From Paraspadella gotoi (Eukaryota > Animalia > Chaetognatha): a stretch of 64,000 nucleotides of DNA. The position numbers were made by a program, and so were the translations under genes. Below, one piece after another: positions 39,914-53,172 of the stretch. Numbering within the stretch: position 1 is the stretch's first letter; each line of letters begins with the position of its first letter. Below the pieces are notes generated by a model, which saw only the letters and a program-made list of their open reading frames with translations, had not been told where the DNA came from and searched no databases. The DNA lies in the NCBI GenBank assembly GCA_051294375.1, contig CM119270.1:17646025-17710024 (forward strand), read 5' to 3'.

Positions 39914-40439
39914 TGACTGATTTGCGGACTGGAAAGTCGTGAGTCGTGATTGGTGATATATATGGGGCGTAATCGTCGTCGTCGTCGTCGTCGTCAACGT
40001 CATAAACTACAGAGAAGTTAAATAAGAAAAGACGAGGATAGAATATAATTATCCCAACATTTTTTTTTATACGTAGTCTTCTTTTTTGCATCTTATCATG
40101 TATCTCGAATCTTGTATATATATTATTATATCTGGCGATATCTTCTGATGTCTTGTGATATCTTAAATATTATATTATACTGTATATTTATTTTTGTAGG
40201 AGTTAGTCTTTGGTTATATTTTAAAATTCACATCGCTAAAAAGTTCAATGGCTTTAAATCGAATCAAATTCGGACGAGTGAGTTTCACAGCGAAGAGGGA
40301 ATCACGTCCACCCTTCACTGAACCTCATTCACGCTTTTCCTTTCACGAGTCACCACTTTTTTTCATTTTATTCGAATCGATTTTCCGACTTCGTTGGTTT
40401 TCATAAAAAAAGTTGATTCCTATTGACGAGGGTCGCTGG

Positions 40440-40900
40440 TCGTCATCATTGCTATCATCAGCATCATCATCATTATCATTATTGTCATCATCATCAACAT
40501 CGTCATCATCGTCATCAACATCGTCATCATCATCAACATTGTCATCATTATCATCATCATCAACATCTTCATTATCATAATCTTCATCATCATCATTATC
40601 ATAATCATCGTCATCATCATTGTCCGTATCTTTTCATCACTTTTACCAATATCGTCATCATTGTATCGTTAGTATATCCATTATATTAAATAATCATTAT
40701 CATCATAATCATTACTATCATCATCATTATCATCATCATTTGAGGTATCGTTTTATAACTGTCATCAATATCGTCATTGTCGTAATATTATTAGTATATT
40801 TATCATAATCAGTCATTATCATGATCATCATCATCATCATCCTCACCATCATCATAACTATATTGGCTATCTTCATCATCGCATTTTTCATCCTTATCAT
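40440..40900 (+). repeat. Degenerate (CAT)n tract
   Basis: Directly visible. Confidence 0.9.
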
Positions 40901-41407
40901 CCCATAATTTTTCCCTTTTCCATCGTTATCATTATCAATGATAAAATCAATGACATAACATCATCATTTTAAGCTTTGGCTTGATATCTTTTGTTAGATC
41001 TTAGCTGATGATGTCTAATACCATTATATCTAATTTATGTCTTGAGATGGCATTATCAGTTTATCTTTCGTTAAACATTAGTAAGAACAACTCCGCTCAT
41101 TTTTTTTTTTACATTCAACGCCTTTCTTGACCTTTTGTTTAACAATCTCGATCCCAACGCCACCAAGCTTTTTTCCTTTCATCTCCGCCAGACGTCGATC
41201 CAGTCGCTATTTTTTTTCGCCGTCCGACAGATTTTCTCCCTTTTCTTCTTTTTTTTTTATTTTCCCGTTCACCCTTCACGCTTTGTTCTCACCCTGTCAC
41301 AACTAAGGCTGTCACTTCTCAACCATTTCTGTCACAACAAAACTTCGCTCTTTGGCCACAGAGTTTCTTGAAAGCGTATGTCGGCTTAGTTTTTTTCTCT
41401 CCGCTCG

Positions 41408-41734
41408 GTCGTCATCGTCGTTGTCGTCGTCTTTGTCGTCAATTATCTTCGTCATCGTCTTTATCGTCGTTGTTGTCTTTGTTGTCGTCATAGTATTTGT
41501 CTTTGTTGTCATCTTTCTTAACATCATCATCATCGTCGTCGTCTTGGTCGTCATCATCTTTGTCATCGTCTTTATCGTCGTCGTCGTAGTCTTCGTTTTC
41601 GTTTCTCTTCGTCATCCTCGTACATTTGTTATCTTAACTTTTCTTTGTCATCGTATTTGTATTTGTCGCCGTCTTTGTCATTGTTCTCGTTTTACTAATT
41701 GTCATCATCGTCGTCCTTGTCCTTGTTTGTTTTT

Positions 41735-41783
<49 letters not shown>

Positions 41784-42061
41784 ACAAAAACTCATTCACC
41801 TCGAGTCTCAACCAATAAAGTTTCCGTTTTCTCATATTTTCGCTCGAGCGCATCTTTGTTGCTGACAGGTCGCCGTCGTCGTCGTTGTCGTCGTCGATGT
41901 TGTCGTCGTTCTTGTCGACGTTCTTGTCGTCGTCGTTGTCGTCGTCGTTGTCGTCGTCGTCGTCATTTTCCACGTCGTTGTTGTCTTCGTCGTCGTCGTC
42001 GTGAACGTATTTCTCGTCGATTTAATTGTTTGTTCTTAACGTTTAACGCGACGAAAGTCGA

Positions 42062-42124
<63 letters not shown>

Positions 42125-42125
42125 T
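41408..42125. repeat. (GTC)n/(GAC)n trinucleotide tracts
   Basis: Directly visible; orientation flips near 42050. Confidence 0.9.
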
Positions 42126-42255
42126 GTTTATCTCAGGGAAAACGGACTCAAACACCTACCGTCATTATCTTTCATCATCCCTTGAAAAAAAAGTCATTTA
42201 AAATTCCCTCAAAGATTTCCTTCCTCTCTCTCTCTCTCTCTCTCTCTCTCCTCCC

Positions 42256-42345
<90 letters not shown>

Positions 42346-42621
42346 TTCAGTCCAAAGAACCTGCCGTGGTAGAATAATGAACGTGATCATCATAGTCGTC
42401 GTCGTCGTCGTTGTCGTCGTCGTCGTCGTCTTTTATTATTTTTTTTCCTTCATTTTAGTTTTTTGATTCTAGTCTTTCTTATACATTTATTTTTTATTTA
42501 TTTATTTTTTTTATTTTTTTTTTATTTTATATATTTATTTATTTATTTATTTTTTTTTTTGTTTATTTATTCATTTATTCATTTATTTGTTTATTTTTAA
42601 TTTAATTAATTAATCAATTGG

Positions 42622-42693
<72 letters not shown>

Positions 42694-42845
42694 TTTTTTT
42701 ATTTCCCCCACGCTTTTCTCAGAAATGCTTCGGTCTCAAACTTCATTATCTGATAATTTATCATTTCAATTTTCTTTTTTTTTTTTCTAGTGACTTTGGT
42801 TTCATTTTTTTCCCCTTTTTTTTCTCGATTTGAAAAAAATCAGTA

Positions 42846-43025
42846 CAATCGCTACGCATATGCTATGAGGACGATTGCTACGCTGAAGCGATAAGATTCT
42901 TTTTTATGCAAATGTGATGACGATGACGATTGCTACTCTCAACAATGAGAACGAGTGCTACGCTGATTCGATCAGGACAATCGCGAGGCTGAAGCGATGA
43001 GACTGATTGCTATGCTGTTGCGATC
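42846..43025 (+). repeat. Degenerate 26-bp minisatellite (ATGAGGACGATTGCTACGCTGAAGCG)
   Basis: About 6 diverged units with a 26-bp period. Confidence 0.7.
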
Positions 43026-43161
43026 ACTAACGTCTTTGTCGTCGTCGCGCCATTCGTCACAGTCCTCGTCGGCGTCATCGTAAAAAACTTGGACGTCGTA
43101 ATTCTGATGTCGATGCCATTACGACCCCAAGTCATGCAGCGACAACAAGGCCGACGACGAC

Positions 43162-43193
<32 letters not shown>

Positions 43194-43954
43194 CGATAAC
43201 GACGACTGCACGACGAATGGCGCGACGACAAAGAAGCCTTGCTGCCAGAGCTGACAGAGTTCGACGATGCTTGGAAACGATTTCAATGATGCAATGACAA
43301 CGACACGGATGACATAAATGACTAAGACACTGATGACGAGAAAGTCTACGATGAAGAGGAAAAACACAACAACAACGACAACAACAACGACGAAAACGAC
43401 GTTGGTTCGAAATGGATTCCATTATCATCCTTTCGACTCTCTTCACTTCAGTCTCCAGTCTTCAGTCTTCATCACTCTTCGCTTTTTTGCCACAAAAATA
43501 CCGCCATTATTTGCCAGTCTTTTCGTTTGAGTTTCTAGTATTTTCTATTCGTTGAGACAAAACCAGATTGACACTGAGAACTATTAAAATTTTTTTTTTA
43601 TTTAAATTTTTTAAAGAGTTAGCGGCATTGTGTATACTGTATAATTTGTTCGTGATGTTTGTACTGAATTAAGGATGCAGAATTGGAATTTCGAGTAAAT
43701 ATATGACTATCTTCTTCAACTGCATTTTGCCATACTATTTTTTGCTCTTTGCCACTCTTTTCCATCTCTTTGCCATGCTTTATTCACGTAAACCCCCAAG
43801 TCTCTGCCACTCCTCCTCATTCGTGACTCCTCGTCCTCAACGCCTCACCACTGCCTTCCTCTCTCACAGCAACGGGATTTCACCCCCGGTCGACTCCGTC
43901 ATCATTCACTCTGGCGACATCATGAGCCCACTTTTTCACTCAAGCGACTTGCGA

Positions 43955-44048
<94 letters not shown>

Positions 44049-44174
44049 TCTGGTCGCTTGATCTTTGATTTAACTCGATTCCTGCTTATCATACTAAAAT
44101 CCGCGATCATTAATATTATTTGACGAAAACGAACAATACTTTCACTCGGTTTCTATCAGTCCTCTCTCTCTCTC

Positions 44175-44210
<36 letters not shown>

Positions 44211-44359
44211 CCTCTCTCTCTCTCTCTCTTCTCTCTCTCTTCTTTCTCTCTCTCTCTCTCTGTCATCCAATGGCTGTCTCGTTCTTGTCAGTTTAAAACT
44301 TTCGAGGCAGTTTTATTCTTCTATTCTCTTCTGTCTCTTTTATATTCTTTTTTTTCTTT

Positions 44360-44434
<75 letters not shown>

Positions 44435-46460
44435 CTCTCTCTCTCTCTCTCCCCCTCGCCCTCCTTTTTCGAACCCAGGCGTATTTAGAGAATTTTTTTT
44501 TCCCTTTTTTTTTGGAAACCAAATCTGGCAGAGCTGAAATCAGCCTCCCTTTTCTCATTCCCTCCCTTTTCTCATTCCCTCCCTTTCCTCCTTTCCTCTT
44601 CTTTTTTTCCGCCCTTTCCTCTTTTCCTCCTTTCCTCTTCTCCTTTTCTTGTCTTATACCTTCAACCCTCTTTACCTGCGTTTTTCCTCCTTCCTGCCTC
44701 CCTTTGTCTACTGATATTATTTCACTCTCCTCTCCTCCTTTAAATACTTCTTTCCTTTTTCCTCCACTCCTTTTTTTTTCTCCTTCCTCCTTTCTACTTC
44801 TTTTCTTTTTCCTCCACTCCTCCCTCTTCTCCTCTCTTTTTTGCCTTCATCCTTTCTACATCTTTCCTTTCTCCTCCCCTCTTCCTCCCTTCCTCCTTTC
44901 TACTTCTTTTCTTTCTCCTCCCCACCTTCCTCCCTTCCTCCTTTCTACTTCTTTCCTTTTTACTCCACTCCTTCCTTCCTTCCATTTTGCTACTCTATCC
45001 TTTTCCTCCCCTCTTCCTCCCCTTTCCTCCGCTCCACTCCCCTTCGCTCCACTCGCCATCGCTCCACTCCCCCCTCCGATCCCTCACAATGGGTCAGCGA
45101 CCTCAATCCCTGGACTCCTCGCCCTCTGGAGTCGAGCAGGAGCGCGGGGGCAAAGGAGCGAGAGGAGGAGTAAAGCAGAAGGTCGGGGGTGCAAATGGGG
45201 GGTGGGTCCATTAGTGTGAGGGGTAAGGAGCGGGGTAAGGGTAGGTGGATGCGAAGGGAAAGGCAAAGAGATGGAGGATGGGGGTTAAGGGAGGAGCAAA
45301 AAAGGCGTCATTGTGAGAGTGAATGCTTTCGAAATGGAAAAAGATTGTGAGGCTGTGATTGGATAATGAAAAATAACCGTCGTTTGCGCCGTGAACTTAG
45401 GGACCGGAATAAAAGGGCGGTGAAACGGAGAGGAAGAGGAAAAGAGAAGAAGGTAAGGTGGGACCAGTGGGCGTGGATGGGTAAGTTAGGGTGAGAAAGG
45501 GGAATGGGGGAAAGAGAAAACAAGTGAAGCCCTTGGGGAGAGTTGGGGAGAAAAGCGACAGTTAAAAAATTGTGAAATGGTTAAAAAAATGAAGCGGAAG
45601 ATGGGAAAAGAGAATCGTAAGATGAGTGTTGAAAGAGGGGGAAAGAGGAGAGAGGAAGAGACAAAATAGAGAATACAGGACAAAAAGAGAAAATAGAGAG
45701 TAGAAATGAAAGAGGAGAAAGGAACGAAAGAAGGGAGAGGAAAAGAGAGAAAAGTGGAGAAAGAAAAGAGAAAAAAAGCAACAAAAAAAAAAATAAGAAG
45801 AGAGGAAAGGAGTAGTGAAGATAAGAAAATGGGGAAAGAAAAGTCGAGAAAGAAAATAAAGGGAAGAGAAGAAGAAATAAAACCGTAAAAGAGAGGAAGA
45901 GAGAAGTAGAGAGTAGAAAAGAGAAGAAGCGAAAGTAATGAGAATCGAATGGAATCGCATAGACTTTGGACGACGAGTGAAAGATTTTTTCGAATCACGA
46001 TTTTTACGATTTCTAACTCACATTTATTTTTTCACTCTAAAATCGTTTGCGCTTTCGCTCGACGGCTGACGTGATGATTCACTCTGATGGTTAATCATTT
46101 CTAAGTTAAGTAAAGTGTGAATTGTACGAATCCATTATCGTTCACGTGAGCTACAAATCCTTTACTTGTCATTTCGCTTCGACCCACGTGATGTAAAAAT
46201 TCCCCTCAAAGATAATGGATTGAAAGTGAAACTGTGACTTTGCCCTCGATTCGCGATCCCATTCGCCAGTGAGATTTACGATCACGTCTCACTCCCTTTT
46301 AGTCTCCAGGGTTCTTTTTTTCACCGTGAGAAAATCTTCTTCGATTTTTCACAGTTTTTTTTTCATCTCGAGAGAGAATTTCGTCTTTGAAAAAAAAAAT
46401 AAGAACGGTAATTCAAATGTGTTGCGCCCAGTGACTGCCTTATCACGTGTATTTCTAGTG

Positions 46461-46518
46461 ACATAACATGACACGACATGACGTAACATGGCATAACATG
46501 ACGTGACATAATATGACT
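46461..46518 (+). repeat. 10-bp tandem repeat (ACATAACATG-like)
   Basis: About 6 units visible. Confidence 0.75.
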
Positions 46519-46592
46519 ACAATAACTTTCTTAGCCCGTGTATTTATGACATGCATTGCATCAAAATTCCGTCTTTTAGTTTTAGGATTTCT

Positions 46593-46757
46593 TAACAAAA
46601 GAGCAACCAACTATAGGCAAATTATATGCATTTTAACGTAAGTCGGACAGATCAACCGACAGACCGACCGACCGACCGACCGACCGACCGACCGACAGAC
46701 CGAGCAAAAAGTGACTTATAGAGTTACTCCGTGAGTACTCGCGGCGCAACTAAAAAA
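46593..46757 (+). mobile_element. Helentron-associated (HINE/DINE-1-like) short element
   Basis: Starts AACAAAAGAG and contains a (GACC)n microsatellite, AAGTGACTTATAG, an imperfect palindrome AGTTACTCCGTGAGT-ACTCGCGGCGCAACT and an A-run. Confidence 0.6.
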
Positions 46758-47513
46758 TTATTAGTCCCCAGAATTTTTAATTTGGTTGGGTTTTTTCAAA
46801 AATTGACTCCTCGTCCAAGAGACTGACTGACTAAACAAGACTAAAAAGCTCTTTCCCGTCGAATTAAGTTTCACTTTTTTACGAGGCCCGAATAAATTTG
46901 ATAAAATATTAAGTGAGAGAAAGGTATTTCCATCTTTCTATAAAAGAGTCTCCCCTCATTCCTCTCACGAAAAAGAAAAGAAAAAAAAGAAAAGAAGAAA
47001 AATCTATTTTTTTTTCGGAGTCACGAGTTTAACCGCGAAGAAAATAGATTTTTTTGGAGGAAAAAGAAAAGAAAGAATAAACTTTCCTCCAGACTTTCCT
47101 GGGTGAGGCGAGGCCCTAGTTTTACGAGACTCACCCAAAAGATTTACCCATTCGGTGTAATCGTCCGAGGTGATTTTGAATGATGTTGACGATTGTCTAA
47201 TGTCTATTGACCGCCGCATAAAATTCCCGTCCTCTTTCTCAATAATTGGAATTATTTATACACTCGCCAAAACGCACGTACAATTAGCGATCCACTAACG
47301 CTCCCTACTTGTTCGCCTGACCTTAGAACTTACCCTAAACTCTTGGCGCCGCCGCGGGAGCCCAATCTTGGCCTCACCCTTTCGACCAAGAAAGAGACTT
47401 GGCTTTCATTGCGAAGTGCAAAACTATTTCGCCTCCATTGAAAAACCTGATCGTTTTGGTTTCCTTCTCAAGAACTGTTGATCTTGTGAACTCGAAATGT
47501 TTGGCTTTAGTGG

Positions 47514-47552
<39 letters not shown>

Positions 47553-48247
47553 CCCTCCTTTTTTTTTTTCCCCTCTAACGTCTCCTTTCGCACTCTGCCT
47601 CACTTTACTTACCTTTTATCGTTGTCTTCACCCAGTCCATTCTTCAATTATTTTCCTTTTACGTTTTTCCTTTACTTACTCACACCTTACTTTCTTTTCT
47701 TCCGTCTCGTGTTCGCTCTTTTTCGCCAGCCTTCATTTCTTTACTTCCAAATTTATGAACGAAAAAACATATTACGTTTTCATCCTTACGAACGATAATC
47801 AATTTAGGTAACATTAAAATTATAAATGTATTTAAATAAACACTACAACCTCTGTTACTTACACATCACGGCATGCTATTTATATTTTTGACCCGGCTAT
47901 AAATCATTGTTTTGTCGGATTTTTTTTGCATTTGAGATATAAAATTAATAATTTGAATGTCTTTCATTTCCTTCTTAACTTTAAAACCATAATAAACATA
48001 ATAATAATAACTAATAATAATAAAAATAAAAATTAATCTATATTTTCAACCTCCACCATTCTTTTCGCTACTCTTCTCCAAACTTTATGTGATATAAAAT
48101 TTGTCAAATCCTCGAACTTCCTCTTCCTCCTCCTCCTCCTCTTCCTCCTCCTAATCCCGGGCGTCGTCTCTGTTATTGATACTGATGAGGAGATTAAGGA
48201 CTTTTGGTTACTGATCACGAAAAAAGATCCGGAGGANNNNNNNNNNA

Positions 48248-48733
48248 TATAAAAATAAAGACATAAAAATATTTATTTCTAAATTTTATATTTTATAAAA
48301 ATTTAGTTAACTATATTTATTAATAATTATGAGTAAAAATTAGGTTAAAGTTAAAAAATAATAATTTCAAAATTTTTTTCATGGATTTGCATTCTTTGCA
48401 AAAAGTTGACATAAGAAAATATAATTTTTATATCAAAATTACGTCATTAAGTTGGTCAAAATTCAGAAAAACTATAATTTTAAGCCAAAATTTGAAAAAT
48501 TAAACAAAAATAATAGTTTTTTATTTTTTTAACCTACTTAATGATAGAATTTTTTAAAATGGATTATACTTTCTTATATCAACTTTTTGTAAGGAATTCA
48601 AATCCGGTTTTAAAATTTTAATTTTTTTATTTTTTACTTTAGCTTATTTTTTATTATTATTTATTAATAAATATAGCTAACAAACTATTAATAAAATATA
48701 AAATTAGTAAATAAACTTACCAAAATATTTATA
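48248..48733. mobile_element. AT-rich foldback/MITE-like long inverted repeat
   Basis: Arms of ~180 bp, e.g. GGATTTGCATTCTTTGCAAAAAGTTGACATAAGAAA is the near reverse complement of TTTCTTATATCAACTTTTTGTAAGGAATTCAAATCC. The left end abuts a gap. Confidence 0.6.
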
Positions 48734-48983
48734 TGGATCTTTACTTTCATATTATGTAAGTTAAATATAGCTTTTATAAAATCTTAATAATTTGAGTTTT
48801 TATCACTCTAGACAATGTTTGCTGCCAATTTTTAATAGCACTTTAATTGCTGCAAAAATCGCCATTTCCGACAAAGAAGATGAGACTATACAAAAAATGG
48901 TTATCATCATCGAATTCTACAGACTTTATTACACTAAAATAGCTATGTACCTCACTTGATTTGTTATATTTCGTTATTTTCAA

Positions 48984-49190
48984 TGTGGGGGGAAGGAGGA
49001 TGTGGAAGGGGGGATTGTGGGGGGAAAGAGGATATGGAAGGGGGATTGTGGGGGGAAGGGAGGATGTGGAAGGGGGATTGTGGGGGGAGGGGAGGATGTG
49101 GGAATGGATTTGTGGGAAGAAGCAAGATTGTTGGAAGGGGGAATTGGGGGGGGGAAAGGAGGGATGTGGCGAAGGGGGGATTGTGGAAAG
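48984..49190 (+). repeat. G-rich ~31-bp minisatellite (GGATGTGGAAGGGGGATTGTGGGGGGAAGGGA)
   Basis: Three near-perfect units plus degenerate ones. Confidence 0.85.
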
Positions 49191-49593
49191 AGTTTAAAAA
49201 GTGGGATCGAGTTTGGTAAGTTTTAAAAAAATCGAAGGGAAAAGAGGAAATATTGTGGGGTTTTAAGACGAGCGAGATTATAGAGCCGAATTGTATTTGA
49301 CTGTTGTTGTCGTTGCTGTTCATGATGATGTAGGCAGATGGAAGAGATTGTTGCGTAACAGAAACAAAGAGGTTGATGACCGGATATATGTTATTAAGTC
49401 TATTGAGAGAACGATAAAAAATGAAGGAAACATTAATTTGAATCGATTTATTTAAAATCTGAAATAGTTCAATGTGGCTCTTGTTTTATATTTGGATAGA
49501 GAACCTAACTCGTATCCATTCAAAAAGCCGTTGACACCTTGTCCTGCCCCACCCTTCCCCCACTTTCCCCCTCTTTTCCCTCCAAGGAACCAG

Positions 49594-49758
49594 ATTCGAA
49601 GACATCTCCAACCGCGGATCCTCGCGTCTCGTGCTCGGGTCAAGAATCTCTACTCCGATTCTCTTCCGCGCTCAACTAACGGAAAATTCTCTGAACGTTA
49701 TCGCTCGTTTCTGGGCGGACCGAGAAGTTCGGTTCACAGAAGGGCATATTGGGCCTCG
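49594..49758 (+). CDS. Candidate exon, product unknown
   Basis: Pyrimidine tract then ccag|, CpG-rich block with two open frames, TCG|GTAGGT donor. A minus-strand 147-aa ORF lies adjacent (49734-50177), so the strand is uncertain. Confidence 0.25.
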
Positions 49759-52399
49759 GTAGGTAGAAAGTTTTTGGGGGTTGGGGTAAGTGGAGGGTTA
49801 TTGGCTTTTAGTTGGGGTCTCAAGGTCGTGTTGGCGGGTTTGTCGAGTTGAGTGCAGTCTTGGCCAAAAAGGTCCAAGTTTGATTTGGTGAATGAGTTTA
49901 ATGACCACAGAAGGTAACAATTAGGGCAGGTATTATTGAGCGTAAATATAGAATGGGCGCTGTTGGTGGAATGAGAGCGAAATTGACCCTCCAGTTTAAT
50001 GTGGGAGGTAATTTTTTCAAATGTTGAGTTTTTTGGTTTTAAGGCTTGATTTTGGAGAAACTGAGAAACGAGATCTTGTCCCGAGTCAAAAGATTGTGAA
50101 TTCAAAATGGTGAAGAGATGATGAGATGAGTTCACTCGACTTTCACAATCTCTCCGTTTTCGAACTCTGATGTTCACACCGAAAGTAGGCTGTGGATGGA
50201 ACGAGCTGAAGTTTACTTATCGACGAATGTGAGTCTTTTGTCTTTCATTATCTGCTTTTGTGTATTTATTTAATGAAAGAAAATATTTTTTGTCGTTTAC
50301 GACCGTAGTAGTCAATTATCGAGAATTCTTTATGTTAAAATCAAACGAGATGAAGGCGGGTATCGAGAGGATATGCCACCTGGATTGCTCTTGAATAGAA
50401 GTGTTGCTGCGTTTTTTGACCCCTTAGTGTGGAGAGAATTTATAACGTAGAATCCAAACCTAAGATGTTGAAGCAAAGATATGACTTTAAAACTAGGTGT
50501 ATTAAACTGTTCTCTATAATCTATATGTTGCTGTTCTTCAAACATATTGTCGCATCGGGAAAATTTCGCCACTTCGAACTGCCATTGTATAGGAACAGTC
50601 TACGTAATATACGAAGATAGGTGAGATTACGAGAAAGTGTCTTTAAGCTTCGAAATCATATGTAAACAATACCAAAGATTACGCTCAACACGCATTCGAA
50701 AGTGATTTAGCAAACATGAATCTCTTCCACAAGTATCCCGAAGACGAACGTAGAGAAACGGACGACGACGACGACAGACGAAGATGTGAAGAGCTATTAA
50801 CCAATTAAAAATAATATCCCGTAAAATCCAATGAAATATCTTTCACAGTTGGGAGACGTTTATTTACTTCTAAGAATCAAGTTTATTAAAACGCCTGTCA
50901 CATAAAATATTTTACTATTTATGTACTTCTTGAGACTTTTAAAATATCATAAACTTAAACTACGCGACAAAATTTTTTCNNNNNNNNNNNNNNNNNNNNN
51001 NNNNCCTGCCCTTTTTTGATCCAATTAAAAAGGGGGAATCAGTCACTCAACGCTCGTTTGACATTTTATATAAGACGAGAGAGAAAAAAAAATCTTTGGG
51101 ACCGAAATCTCGTCTCCGAAGGAAAAACGAGTTTATTTCCGAGCCCCCCTCTTCCCGACCCCTCCTGCTCCCTCCACCTCCCCTCATCGCATGCCCATCT
51201 AGATATCCCCCCCCGCTGAAACTTACCCCGTTTTTAATAATAATCTTTTCTCGTCCTGGTAAGTTCGTCGAAAATTAAATTTTCTGGTTTAAGATTCTGC
51301 CGACGATTTAATATTTTTTTTAATTTGTTTTTGTTTTTGTTTTTTGAGGGGAAAACTGGATAAATCATTGATTAATTATTTTAAATCCTCATTTCTGTAA
51401 TCGTTGATTCATTGATTTATTCATTGATTCATTTATTTATTAATTGATTCATTCATTGATTCATTAATTAATTAATTCATTCATTCATTCATTCATTCGT
51501 TTTTTCTTTTATTCATTCATTCATTCGATCAAATTTACAAAGTTAATATTAAATATCAAAAACATTCTCTCTTTTCAAAAAATTGTTTGTTTACTATAAT
51601 AAAATATACTTCCCAAATCATTTTACTCGCGTAGAAACCAAAACCACCACATATTTGAACTCATGATCGGATTTTATAGTATTTTCTTTTTTTCTTCGGA
51701 ATCACCCATTAAACCAAGAACCCGCGACGGCTGCCCCCCGGTCTTTTCCTCCTCCTCCTCCTCCTCCTCCTCCTCCCCTCGCCCCCCTACGACCCAACTT
51801 TTCACTCAGATCCGAGTTTGGCAGTTTTGGGCTAATTGAGGTCAAACTCAGTTTTTTTTTTCGGGTGAGTTCGAATCATCGCGAGAAGAGACTCCATTTT
51901 AGATTTGGTGAGGGGTGAGTGAGTGGGAGGGGGCGAGTGGGGGGGGGATGAGTGGGGTTGATGGGGCGTAAGTCAGGGGACAGAGAGACATAATCGAAAT
52001 TCTAATAGAAAATAAGTTAAGTATGGTTATTGTTATTTGTTAATGCAGTGGCGTGCATAGAGAAATACGACCTCCGCTAATTTTTTTTTTTCGCAGGTCA
52101 CCTGCACCCCGTACCCCTCGTGCCCCCGTGCCCCCCGTGCCCCCCATGCCCCCCTAAAATCAACCCATCCCATTCCTTTACTAAATTAACTTAACAATTC
52201 AGAAAGAAGGTTTGAGTCCTTTAATAAATTACACATTGTTATTTTTTGGTTTGTATTTTAATATTTCCTACAGGTACAGTTACACAATATTTCACAAAAT
52301 TGAAAGCTATTATTTCTCTTATTTATATTTTTTTTTCAAATAAGTCTGAAATCCAAAGTACAAAAGTCCAAAATTCCAAAACGTCCAAAATTAAATTTA

Positions 52400-52690
52400 T
52401 TGATTAGCATCATTGATATCAATACGAAACCAAGTGAGACAAAGTCGAGTTGCCTCCTAACCGATGACGACAAAAACGACGACGATGACGACGACAACGA
52501 AGACGACAACGACGACGAATACGGCGACAATGAGTCCCGCTCTCCTGATGGCGACATCACGGAAGAGGACGACGACGACGACGACGACGACGATGGCCAT
52601 GAAACGACAATGAATTTTAGCGCCTCAACGAATGACCGTCATAGAAGTTTCTCCGAGCGAGAAAATGGCTCCAATACTGGAAACGAGTGA

Positions 52691-52779
<89 letters not shown>

Positions 52780-53172
52780 TGACGACGACAAAAAGACCCA
52801 CCGCAGAAGAAACGACTTCTACGACCCACGTTTACAATGTCTCTGACCTTGGACACGACGACGACGACGACGACGACACTGGATACCATGACAACGAGAG
52901 AAGCAACAACAACGACAACAACGATCTGACGTTTTTCTCCGACGACGACGACAACGACGACGATGACGACGACGACAACCATTTTATGGACCTACGAATT
53001 TCGGACATCAATCTTAACAACGAGGACATGTACAAATGACGATGACGACGACGACGACGACGACGAAGTCGAAAATTTCTTTGTAGCCAGTGCGACTTTT
53101 TCAACTCCGCACGAAGTAAAAACTAAAAAAACTTCTTGGATGTCGGGAATTTTCTCGTGGTTTCAGTTTTTG
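52400..53172 (+). CDS. Asp/Thr-rich low-complexity protein exon, interrupted by two apparent single-A insertions
   Basis: Three overlapping ORFs join into one frame if one A is removed near 52631 and one near 53035: ...DDDGHETTMNFSASTMTVIEVSPSEKMAPILETSES(T)n..KRPTAEETTSTTHVYNVSDLGHDDD...EDMYNDDDD..EVENFFVASATFSTPHEVKTKKTSWMSGIFSWFQF. Confidence 0.5.

Noticed and set aside
47090-47450. Minus-strand exon-like GC blocks with GT donors
   Set aside because: I could not build a consistent stop-free spliced frame.
49734-50177. 147-aa minus-strand ORF
   Set aside because: Non-ATG start, no recognisable motif and no clear splice sites; not called as a gene.
52047-52156. hAT-like end CAGTGGCGTGCA with GTGCCCCC repeats
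   Set aside because: No matching opposite terminus or 8-bp TSD seen.
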